Shown piece by piece: positions 1-7,516 of a DNA stretch of 26,810 bases. How positions within the stretch are numbered: position 1 is the stretch's first letter; each line of letters begins with the position of its first letter. A program made the translations under genes and the position numbers. The notes below the pieces were generated by a model. That model searched no databases, was not told the origin of the DNA, and worked only from the letters and a program-made list of their open reading frames with translations. The stretch is taken from the NCBI GenBank assembly GCA_043813365.1, contig JBDRLB010000022.1:1-26810 (forward strand). Direction: 5' to 3'. The DNA is from Candidatus Micrarchaeota archaeon. Lineage in GTDB: Archaea > Micrarchaeota > Micrarchaeia > Norongarragalinales > SBBD01.

Positions 1-1
1 G

Positions 2-214
2 TGCCGGGAGGTATTCAGGAAATTCAAGGCCAAATGCGCCGAGCGGGATCTCTCGATGGGGGAGGGGTTCAATTCAGCAGCAAAGCACTGGGCAGGCGGG
101 CTGGTCCTTTCAAAAGTCGAGGAAAAGGGGCAGAGAAAGGATTTGCATATCCTGAATGACCTGGGCGGCCATCTTCACGAGCTGCACCGTAAAAGCATGG
201 AAAAAAAGAAGTGA
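2..214 (+). CDS. Partial (5'-truncated) ribbon-helix-helix/CopG-like small DNA-binding protein
   Basis: Not in the ORF track. Frame 2 is open from the window edge to TGA at 212-214 and reads CREVFRKFKAKCAERDLSMGEGFNSAAKHW...MEKKK*. The FKAKCAERDLSMGE..N.A..W stretch matches the two helices of RHH proteins. Confidence 0.6.
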   Translation, partial: CREVFRKFKAKCAERDLSMGEGFNSAAKHWAGGLVLSKVEEKGQRKDLHILNDLGGHLHELHRKSMEKKK

Positions 215-295
215 TCCGTTTGCCAAAAATTAATTTCCACTTGAATCGATAACGTTTAATATAGGCGGGCGTTTTCATTACTGCAGGGGAAATAT

Positions 296-1006
296 ATGAA
301 ATTGGGCGTTTGGCTGTTCCTCCTCATAATTGTGCTGGTATTTACTTATGACATCTATTCCTACGGAATCGCACTCAAGCATACCCCTTTGCTGGTAACC
401 AATCCCCTGCTTGTCATCCAGCTGCACAACCTTGCAACTGGTACAAGCATCCCGATTGCTGCGTGCCCTGAAATTTCCAAATTCCGCAAGGGCTCGATTT
501 ACAACGATTACTCGGAAATACCGCTTTCCGAATGGAACCGGTGCATAGGGGCTGCAGCGCCCTCGAGCATTATTGTTGAACCTTGCCTCGAGGCGGAGCG
601 GGGCGCCGATGACCTCTTGTGGAGGGTGAATGCAAAAAACGAGCTCCTGCTGGGGCTTGAGAAATATGGCGTGAGGTTTTCAGCGGAATCCACTTACAGG
701 CAGCTCGTGAATTACGCGGATTCCAACCTTTGCACCCTGCAGGTTGCGGATTATGCCGCAGCGAAGGGCATCGACCTTAATTTCCGGCCATCCTCCTTGC
801 TTAACGCGGAAAAATTTGAATCCTCGCCTCTTGAGCTGGACGAGGCTAAGCTTTTGGAAATCGCCTCGACCGAATACCGGGCCGAATCCTTCCTCACTGA
901 TTCCAGGCTCTCCTCGCTCATCCTGATCTGCGGGATTTTCGTGTTCCTATTGCTGATCTACTCGGTTTTCTCCAATATGCGGGGCAATGAACGGCTGGAA
1001 GATTAG
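296..1006 (+). CDS. Hypothetical membrane protein (N- and C-terminal TM helices, Cys-containing extracytoplasmic middle)
   Basis: 236-aa ORF with hydrophobic N-terminus LGVWLFLLIIVLVF and C-terminal LILICGIFVFLLLIYSVF. TTTAATA box near 256-262. Confidence 0.75.
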   Translation: MKLGVWLFLLIIVLVFTYDIYSYGIALKHTPLLVTNPLLVIQLHNLATGTSIPIAACPEISKFRKGSIYNDYSEIPLSEWNRCIGAAAPSSIIVEPCLEAERGADDLLWRVNAKNELLLGLEKYGVRFSAESTYRQLVNYADSNLCTLQVADYAAAKGIDLNFRPSSLLNAEKFESSPLELDEAKLLEIASTEYRAESFLTDSRLSSLILICGIFVFLLLIYSVFSNMRGNERLED

Positions 1007-1045
1007 GTTTATAAGCAGGAATCGGTTGATTAATCATCGGGTGGT

Positions 1046-1357
1046 ATGAAAATGGATCGCATTTTTGGCACGTGGTACGAGGACAAGATGGTGGATGCGG
1101 CTGTAAAGACGGTTATTTTCACGCTGATTTTCATTGTTGCGCTGCTCCTTTGGGGCGCATTGACCGGCAATCCCAGGTTCCAGCTGAGGGATTTCTTCGA
1201 GACCCTGTACGTGCATGTAATTGCGGTGATGATCGTTGCATTCGTGGCATTCTACCTTGCGGGCAGCGCCCATAGGAAATACCGCCACCACCTCACGCAA
1301 AGGGCGCACCACATCTCCATGCGGCTGAAGGAGAAGAAGGCGAAAGCCAGGCGCTGA
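1046..1357 (+). CDS. Hypothetical small membrane protein (2 TM, basic tail)
   Basis: Two hydrophobic helices followed by an R/K/H-rich C-terminus. TTTATAA at 1008-1014. The GGGTGGT RBS at 1039-1045 fits the second ATG (1052) better. Confidence 0.75.
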   Translation: MKMDRIFGTWYEDKMVDAAVKTVIFTLIFIVALLLWGALTGNPRFQLRDFFETLYVHVIAVMIVAFVAFYLAGSAHRKYRHHLTQRAHHISMRLKEKKAKARR

Positions 1358-1368
1358 ACCGGTGAAAA

Positions 1369-1929
1369 ATGCCCATGTATATCGACCTCATATTCCTCAT
1401 CCCCCTTTTGCTTGCGCTCAAATTCCTGGATTCCTACCTGACGGTCTGGGCATACAGGAATTACCACCATTACGCAAGGAAATTCGTGATGCTCGAAAGC
1501 TATGAGGCCAACCCCAACTGGAAGAAGGACGTGGAGCACGGCTTCAAGGACTGGAAGCATTTCTCGTTCGTAGTCTTCCTGATCATCATCCTTTCATATG
1601 TTTACTCGTGGGACAGCTCTAGCTTCTGGTATGAATTCCTTTCCGGATTCTCTGTGTTCCTCTACCTTGCGATAAATTTTGAGCACCTAACGCACATGCG
1701 CGAGATGGAGCTCATGCCCGGCAGGGTGAAGGGCCGCATCCTTTACACTCTCGATTATTATTTCAGCACTGCAACTCACAATTACGTGAAATTCTCCGCA
1801 ATACTGCTGTTCGCCTGGATTGCTACGCAAAGCAATTTCATCCTCGGCGGCATATTCGGGCCCCTGCTTATCGCAACCCTGATCCGGCTGAGATGGCAGG
1901 TATATTCCGAATCTCTTGAGAGGGGCTGA
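1369..1929 (+). CDS. Hypothetical polytopic membrane protein (about 5 TM)
   Basis: 186-aa ORF with several hydrophobic segments, 11 nt after the upstream gene. GGTGA RBS at 1361-1365; alternative start at 1375. Confidence 0.75.
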   Translation: MPMYIDLIFLIPLLLALKFLDSYLTVWAYRNYHHYARKFVMLESYEANPNWKKDVEHGFKDWKHFSFVVFLIIILSYVYSWDSSSFWYEFLSGFSVFLYLAINFEHLTHMREMELMPGRVKGRILYTLDYYFSTATHNYVKFSAILLFAWIATQSNFILGGIFGPLLIATLIRLRWQVYSESLERG

Positions 1930-1935
1930 TTTTCT

Positions 1936-3141
1936 TTACCTAATTCCTGTATCGATGTCCACATTCAGCGTGACCGTTTCGCCGGCTTTTATTTCCACTT
2001 CCCTCGGCAAATCCGCACTCCTGTCCATCCCGTTCCTCTGCAAATCTATGATGTATTTCCCGGGTTCCATTCCTGCCGAATAATAGCCGCTCCCGTCTAT
2101 GTCAATCAGCATCATTTTCTCCTGCCCATTTGGGCCCGTAGCCGTCAATTTCCTGCTTGTGTAGGCTTCAGGCGGAACATCGCATGGCTCGTCCGGCCTT
2201 TCAACCGGGCAGATGGGCCCTACGGTTGCTTTACCCCTCAAATATCCCTGCGTGCTTTGCATGCATTTCCCTCCCGCATCCGGGAAGTTGCCATCCAGCA
2301 CGCATTGGTAGCCAGTTGGGCACGGGAACGCTGCTATTCCGCCGCAGAACGAATTTTCGAAAGTTTTTTCTGCGATGGTTTTCCCGTCCTTTTTAACTAC
2401 TATTTTTTCCAAATTTATCAGGGATGACATCTGCGAAAGGTCGAGCGTCGCCTCTACCTGATCCATGCCGACGCATTTCACGCACACCCTATCGCCCACC
2501 AGTCTTGACCGGAAATCGATGATAATAGTCTGCCCGGAGGGGTTGAATTCCCTGCTCCAGAATGCATCATATTCCATGCAGCTGCTCTGGAATTTTGCAG
2601 TTATGCGGAAAACAGCCGGCGCCCTCAGCTGAACAAAAGCGGTCTCATTCCCGTATTCGCCGCAAACATATTTCGAAGTGGAGTTGAATTCGGCCGGCTC
2701 TTGGGGCGATATTTCAGGAGGGAGGACGTTCCCCTTTTCGTCAATGCGTGCTTTTCCCCCCTCATTGACGAGTATGCTGATATTTTTTCCAGATGCGCAA
2801 ACATAGCATGCGGAGCAAACCGCAGTCCCCGGCGGAAGAGAATCCGCAATTTTAACTTCGTAAACCGGTATCCCGTTCATTTTGTAATAATTTACAACTG
2901 CCTCCTTGTCGCCGGCGTGTGCAAATTGCGCTAATTCCGTGCACTGCCCCGGGTCGAATGTGAGCCAAATTCTCCCCGCTTGGGGTGTTGGCGTGTTTGA
3001 CACGATGGGAGTTGGGGTTGAAGTAGGAGATGGCGAAATCGCCGGAGTGGGCGTAACAGTTGGTTTTCCAGGCTCGACGCATCCCGACATCACAAGCGCA
3101 AGCAGAACAAGCAGGAATCCGAAGTAAATTTTAGCATCCAT
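1936..3141 (-). CDS. Cys-rich multidomain lipoprotein with C-terminal carboxypeptidase-regulatory-like (beta-sandwich) domain
   Basis: Signal/lipobox MDAKIYFGFLLVLLALVMSG-C, then a Pro/Thr linker. Cys modules VCSACYVC, CVKC, FCGGIAAFPCPTGYQC...DAGGKC and GPICPVERPDEPC. C-terminal DGSGYYSAGMEPGKYII...VEIKAGETVTLNVDIDTG pattern. ATG at 3141 preferred over GTG at 3150. Confidence 0.8.
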   Translation of the reverse strand: MDAKIYFGFLLVLLALVMSGCVEPGKPTVTPTPAISPSPTSTPTPIVSNTPTPQAGRIWLTFDPGQCTELAQFAHAGDKEAVVNYYKMNGIPVYEVKIADSLPPGTAVCSACYVCASGKNISILVNEGGKARIDEKGNVLPPEISPQEPAEFNSTSKYVCGEYGNETAFVQLRAPAVFRITAKFQSSCMEYDAFWSREFNPSGQTIIIDFRSRLVGDRVCVKCVGMDQVEATLDLSQMSSLINLEKIVVKKDGKTIAEKTFENSFCGGIAAFPCPTGYQCVLDGNFPDAGGKCMQSTQGYLRGKATVGPICPVERPDEPCDVPPEAYTSRKLTATGPNGQEKMMLIDIDGSGYYSAGMEPGKYIIDLQRNGMDRSADLPREVEIKAGETVTLNVDIDTGIR

Positions 3142-3285
3142 ACAAAGCACCGTATTGATTGCGCTTTGCCTAAATATATACCTGGCATTTTTATGAGGCG
3201 GCCGCTTAATTGCCGCTGGGAAACCGATGAAGCCTTTAAATTGTTGATTCCCCTAATCTGTGTTCAAACTGAAGGTGGTATTATT

Positions 3286-3393
3286 ATGGCATTGAAATCG
3301 AAAGCACGCAGAAGGCGCATACAGCATTCCCGGAAAATGGCGAAAATCAAGTTCCGCAAATCATCCAAAACCTCAAGAAGGCGCAGGGTTTAG
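3286..3393 (+). CDS. 35-aa very basic microprotein (ribosomal- or nucleic-acid-binding-like)
   Basis: MALKSKARRRRIQHSRKMAKIKFRKSSKTSRRRRV. Strong RBS GAAGGTGGT at 3271-3279 and TTTAAA box at 3235-3240. 17 of 35 residues are R/K, with no D/E. Confidence 0.7.
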   Translation: MALKSKARRRRIQHSRKMAKIKFRKSSKTSRRRRV

Positions 3394-4130
3394 GCGCCTT
3401 CCCATTGCTCCGTGTGTATGTTTGCAGCAGGAACGCCCCTTTCCAGAAGAAGTTTCTTGTTCTCAGCTACCATCAGGGGGTTTCCGCAGACGAATGCCTG
3501 CGTCTCAACTGGTTCCTCAACCTTGATTAACTTCAAAACGTCCTGAACATATCCTTTCTTCCCGATCCACTTCCCATCGGGACGGCTTTGGGTTGGTATG
3601 TACGTGAAATTCTTGTGGTTCTTCTGGTGCTGCTCCATCTCATCCTTGTAAACCCAGTGGTTGGTGTTCCGGAATCCGTAAATGCAGGTGATTTCGGTTT
3701 CGGCCCCATTCCCTAAAAGGTTCCTTGCCAAACTAAGCATGGGTGCGATGCCGCTTCCCGCACCAAGCAAAAGCACGTGCTTTTTAGGCTGTTCGCAGCA
3801 GAAGTTCCCGTACGGGCCCTTCACCTTGATTTTTTTCCCCAGCTGCAAATTATCCCTCAGGAACTGAGTGAACCCCCCCGTTTCCCTTATTTTGATGCAG
3901 AATTCGAGCATCCCCTGCTGTTGCTGCGAGGAAGCTATGCTGTAGGAAGTCCATTTCAGCGCATTGGAGTTGGAATGCAGTACAAACCCCTCCATTGCGA
4001 GCATGACGAACTGGCCAGCCTTGTATTCGAAATTCTGGTCAGGAGGCAGCCGGAGTTTCACTATTCTCATCTGCACCTTGTCTTCATCCCGGTAGTCCTT
4101 AATCTCTATGGTCTCAGCATCAAATTCCAT
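3390..4130 (-). CDS. FAD/NAD(P)-binding oxidoreductase, ferredoxin-NADP+ reductase (FNR)-like family
   Basis: Motifs YKAGQF, SYSIAS, GGFT, VKGPYGNF, GAGSGIAPM, GYVQ, VCGNPLMV and IHTEQW. No 2Fe-2S domain. Confidence 0.9.
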   Translation of the reverse strand: MEFDAETIEIKDYRDEDKVQMRIVKLRLPPDQNFEYKAGQFVMLAMEGFVLHSNSNALKWTSYSIASSQQQQGMLEFCIKIRETGGFTQFLRDNLQLGKKIKVKGPYGNFCCEQPKKHVLLLGAGSGIAPMLSLARNLLGNGAETEITCIYGFRNTNHWVYKDEMEQHQKNHKNFTYIPTQSRPDGKWIGKKGYVQDVLKLIKVEEPVETQAFVCGNPLMVAENKKLLLERGVPAANIHTEQWEGA

Positions 4131-4219
4131 TTAGAGAATCAGCCACAACTTTAGGATCAAAATCATTAAAAATGCCTCCTTTGGAGATAAAAAGAGGCTG
4201 GGGGGGTGTTCCGTTTCAT

Positions 4220-4693
4220 TCATTGATTCAGGAGGAAGTAAGCAATTATTACGGCGAACCAGTTCACAATCAGGAAATACGGGTTCCTCCACCATATCCA
4301 TCCCTTTATAGCGGGTTTCCTTATAGGGTAGAGCGGCATCTGCGGCTCCGCAGGCGAGCCCTTGTGCGTGTAAATGTCTAGTGCAATGTGCAGGTACCAT
4401 GCAAAAACCGGCAGGTAAATTGTGCCTGTAAGCAGTGAAGCTATAATTCCAAAAATCGTCGCGGTTACTGCGCTGTGCGCAACCAAATACACCTTCCTCA
4501 CAACCGGGAAGAGCTTCTGCCTGGAAATTTCCCTGCTCCTCGCGAAAAGGTTGATGGAGTAGATTATTGCAGCCGAAACGAAAAGCACGTCCGGGAAAAT
4601 TCCGAAGAAAAGCGCCGCATTCAGATCCGCCCCGCTCCTGAAGAATAGCAGGTAGGTCCATGCCAGGTGCGCAAAGAAATCCACGAATACCAC
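4220..4693 (-). CDS. Membrane-bound metal-dependent hydrolase (YdjM-like)
   Basis: AH...FGIFPD...AHS...LHIALDIYTH...PLYP motif series within 4-5 TM helices. GTG start about 27 nt after a minus-strand TTTTTATA. Confidence 0.75.
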   Translation of the reverse strand: MVFVDFFAHLAWTYLLFFRSGADLNAALFFGIFPDVLFVSAAIIYSINLFARSREISRQKLFPVVRKVYLVAHSAVTATIFGIIASLLTGTIYLPVFAWYLHIALDIYTHKGSPAEPQMPLYPIRKPAIKGWIWWRNPYFLIVNWFAVIIAYFLLNQ

Positions 4694-4719
4694 TCAGTCC
4701 AGATTTTATGCATAGCGAG

Positions 4720-4757
4720 TATAAAAATGCAGGGTTTACCCATTCGAAGAGTTTAAA
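4720..4757. promoter_or_regulatory. Back-to-back archaeal TATA boxes of divergent, probably leaderless genes
   Basis: Minus-strand TTTTTATA at 4727-4720 is about 27 nt before GTG 4693. Plus-strand TTTAAA at 4752-4757 is about 25 nt before ATG 4782. Confidence 0.55.
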
Positions 4758-4781
4758 TTATGCCATCCGCAAACTACTTCC

Positions 4782-5540
4782 ATGAAATTTTATTCGATTA
4801 TCATCGCGGTTCTTTTTTTGGCCGCGCTTCCATCAGCAGCGCGCATACAGGGCTACACGTACGATTTTTACACACTCGACCTCCTGAACAATACCTTTAT
4901 TGAAATAGACTCGAACCCGCCTCAGCAGGTAATTGCGAGGAACGGCTTCTATTCCCTCACCATCCCGCCCGGAAATTACGTGCTGGAGGGCAAATACCTG
5001 CTCAGGGGCGAAATCACCCTCTACACAATCGAATACTTGAACATTTCCTCCGATGGGACGTTCGAGCTCGATTTGCTGCTCGAGCCTGCAGGCAATTCAA
5101 CCTATGACTTCTTCATACCGGATGTTGATGAGCCAAATGGGAACGCGGATTACAATTTCCTGCTTGCGCTGATAGGAATTGGCCTCATACTTTTCCTAAT
5201 TTATTACGATCGCAAGCGGCACATCCGTTTCACTGAAAAGAGCGCCGTCCAAAGAGAGCTGGAGCACGAGAAGAAGGCCGAGGCTGCAGCCGGGCAAAAA
5301 GCACCTTCCGACCCATTGGAGCCCATAAAAATGGCCGCCAGCGAGCTTTACCTTACGGATGAGGCGAAGGAAGTGCTCGATGCAATAAGGAAGAGCGAAG
5401 GCCGAATACAGCAGAAGGAACTGCGGAAAATTTTCAAATTCTCCGAGGCAAAAATGAGCAACCTGCTTGATGATCTGGAGGAGGCGGGAAAGATACGCCG
5501 GATCAAGAAAGGCAGGGGCAATATTATCCGGTCAGTATAG
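4782..5540 (+). CDS. Membrane-anchored winged helix-turn-helix regulator (COG2512-like)
   Basis: Signal peptide; extracellular beta-sandwich (NGFYSLTIPPGNYVL); one TM (FLLALIGIGLILFLIYY); C-terminal LTDEAKEVLDAIRKSEGRIQQKELRKIFKFSEAKMSNLLDDLEEAGKIRRIKKGRGNII wHTH. Confidence 0.85.
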   Translation: MKFYSIIIAVLFLAALPSAARIQGYTYDFYTLDLLNNTFIEIDSNPPQQVIARNGFYSLTIPPGNYVLEGKYLLRGEITLYTIEYLNISSDGTFELDLLLEPAGNSTYDFFIPDVDEPNGNADYNFLLALIGIGLILFLIYYDRKRHIRFTEKSAVQRELEHEKKAEAAAGQKAPSDPLEPIKMAASELYLTDEAKEVLDAIRKSEGRIQQKELRKIFKFSEAKMSNLLDDLEEAGKIRRIKKGRGNIIRSV

Positions 5541-5575
5541 CTTAACCCAAAAAAGGCATTCGAGCCCTACTGATT

Positions 5576-5881
5576 TCAGTTGAGCCCTTCCTCAATGATC
5601 AGGGCATCAAGATCGCTAATTACTGCATCGATGTCGCTGACCTCAGTCAGTATGGAATCCGAAGCGGATTCCGTCTGCTGCGCCTCCAATTCGATCGCAG
5701 CTGCTTCCGCATTCGGAATTGCGGAGTTTGCGGGTTGGCTGGTTGGTATGGGAGTGGTTGTTGCGTTGACGTCAATTTTTTGTTCCCCCGGCTTCAGCGA
5801 TGCCTTTTCATCCCCGCCACTCGATGTGCAGCCGAAAATCGCAAGCGAAAAAACCAATGCCGCCAATATGATTATTTTCAT
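5576..5881 (-). CDS. Small acidic lipoprotein
   Basis: Lipobox MKIIILAALVFSLAIFG-C and acidic amphipathic C-terminus ILTEVSDIDAVISDLDALIIEEGLN. Starts 5 nt after the upstream gene's stop. Confidence 0.75.
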   Translation of the reverse strand: MKIIILAALVFSLAIFGCTSSGGDEKASLKPGEQKIDVNATTTPIPTSQPANSAIPNAEAAAIELEAQQTESASDSILTEVSDIDAVISDLDALIIEEGLN

Positions 5882-5886
5882 TCAGT

Positions 5887-7176
5887 TCACCCGGTCTGGT
5901 TGGTGCCGTTTGCCGGTATGGATGGCGATGGGCTGATGCTCGGCGATGCCTCCGGTGAAGGAGATGCGGTTGCATTCACAGATGGCGTAGGGCTCGGTGA
6001 CGGCGAAACCGTCGCGTTGATGCTGGGCGAGGGCGTTATTGTTGGAGTTGGTGAGATCGTAGCGTTCGGAGATGGGCTGGGCGAAACAGTCGCATTTATG
6101 CTTGGGGTTGGGCTCACCGTTGCATTGGGTGATGGTGATGCAGTCGCATTCGGCGATGGGCTTGGCGTCACTGTCTGAATGGGAATATTCCAATAGATGA
6201 TTGTTTTGCCCGTGTAGGCGACATCGGATGCGTTGCCGAATCTATACGTGCCCCTTCCAGCCAATTCCGCCTTGCCTTTTCCTTCAGCATTGAACAATAT
6301 GTCATTGCCGGTCACCTTAAGCCCGAAGCTATTGCCCGTCACTGTTACGGTTGCATAATCCTTGTATTTTATGTATCCGTCCCCTAAGTATATGCGGGTC
6401 CCGTTGCCTTCAACGGTGACATTCCCTCCCATAATTCTCAGGTCGCCGTTCCTCGAATTGATTACAACGGTGCCGGATCCCTCGAGTTCTGCTTGGCCCG
6501 TCAATGATGCGGTCAATGTCCCGGTCCCTTCCACAATTTTCCAGTAATCGCCATCGCCGGTTCCGTTGCCATCAGTATAGTTCATATGTTCCCTTATCCT
6601 TTCGCGCTGCCTCTTCGCAAGGTCGCGCAGGTCGGATTTGATCAGGTTCTGGAAATCCTTCAGCGCCTCCCTGAGCAGCTGGATCCCCTCCTTCATGCCC
6701 GATCCGGTTTTCGTATTTGCTAGGTTAAGCTTTTCCCCAATTGCCGCAATGTCCGCATCCAGCTGAGCCGTGTCAAATCCGCGTTCCTTCATTAACAAGG
6801 AAAGCCTTTCAACCCTAGTGACCAACCCCTGTGCCCGGCCGATCTCCTTCCCCAACCTGTCGCGGATCCAAAGCCTCTTCTGCTCCTTGTTTAGAGCCTT
6901 GTATTGCTTGTCCAATTCCTTGTCTATCTTATTGTATTTGGGCGCGGGGCCGGAATTGCCCTTCCCGTTTTTGGAATCATCATTTCCGTCATCATCGAAC
7001 TTCTGCATCCCTGCCTGCATGCCTCTATTATCGGAATCAGGTATTCCCTTCCCAAAATCATTATTGGATTTCCCCTTTCCCTTATTAGAATCAGAATCGG
7101 CCTTCACCATTCCCGTAAATCCTATTGTTAGAACCAAAACAGCTGCAACCAGAACCGCGACGATTTTCAAATCCAT
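5887..7176 (-). CDS. Secreted protein: charged N-region, coiled-coil bundle, Gly-rich beta domain, Ser/Pro/Thr tail
   Basis: Start reassigned to ATG 7176 (MDLKIVAVLVAAVLVLTIGFTGMVKA signal peptide, GGGGT RBS upstream). Helical ERLSLLMKERGFDTAQLDADIAAIGEKL region, EGTGTLTA/EGSGTV/EGNGT/EGKGKA strands, and SPSP repeats. Confidence 0.8.
   Translation of the reverse strand: MDLKIVAVLVAAVLVLTIGFTGMVKADSDSNKGKGKSNNDFGKGIPDSDNRGMQAGMQKFDDDGNDDSKNGKGNSGPAPKYNKIDKELDKQYKALNKEQKRLWIRDRLGKEIGRAQGLVTRVERLSLLMKERGFDTAQLDADIAAIGEKLNLANTKTGSGMKEGIQLLREALKDFQNLIKSDLRDLAKRQRERIREHMNYTDGNGTGDGDYWKIVEGTGTLTASLTGQAELEGSGTVVINSRNGDLRIMGGNVTVEGNGTRIYLGDGYIKYKDYATVTVTGNSFGLKVTGNDILFNAEGKGKAELAGRGTYRFGNASDVAYTGKTIIYWNIPIQTVTPSPSPNATASPSPNATVSPTPSINATVSPSPSPNATISPTPTITPSPSINATVSPSPSPTPSVNATASPSPEASPSISPSPSIPANGTNQTG
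5890..6175 (-). repeat. Coding degenerate tandem repeat NAT(V/A/I)SP(S/T)P
   Basis: Six NAT-x-SP units, plus NGT and NQT, in the last ~95 codons. At DNA level, e.g. GGCGAAACCGTCGCGTT (6002) and GGCGAAACAGTCGCATT (6080). Confidence 0.85.
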
Positions 7177-7235
7177 GCAATTACCCCGCCATTCCCAATT
7201 TGGCGTACGGATAACGAAAAACCTATTATATATAC

Positions 7236-7307
7236 AAACTTGCATGAAGCTTTGCAAATGCGGGAAAATATTGCCTCCGTTCCTTCCCTGAAGCTTCATG
7301 AAGCTTT
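7236..7307. promoter_or_regulatory. Duplicated palindromic operator candidate AAGCTTCATGAAGCTT
   Basis: Perfect 16-bp palindrome at 7291-7306 and an imperfect copy AAACTTGCATGAAGCTTT at 7236-7253. They share CATGAAGCTTT, 54 bp apart. The imperfect copy is adjacent to the minus-strand TATA at 7226-7234. Confidence 0.55.
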
Positions 7308-7516
7308 AAAAAAATCAAAGGAGGCATCGAAAGCCTTGTATTCCGATATTGGGTCAAATCCGCCTTGCAAGCTTTTTGGCGGCAATAAAGTGGATGATTC
7401 TTTTATGCAATTCCGCCTGAAGAAATCTGCATTTTCCAATAGCCCTGCCGCCATTAGATTTAAATATCGGCCTTGCTTAACTGATTTACCCATCACAAGA
7501 AATTCCAGTCTTATTC

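Noticed and set aside
3166..3285. N-terminal 40 codons of the 75-aa ORF
   Set aside because: It starts at a TTG and spans the promoter; the RBS supports ATG 3286.
7177..7299. 41-codon N-terminal extension of the secreted protein in the ORF track
   Set aside because: It covers the TATA box and palindrome; the signal peptide and RBS point to ATG 7176.
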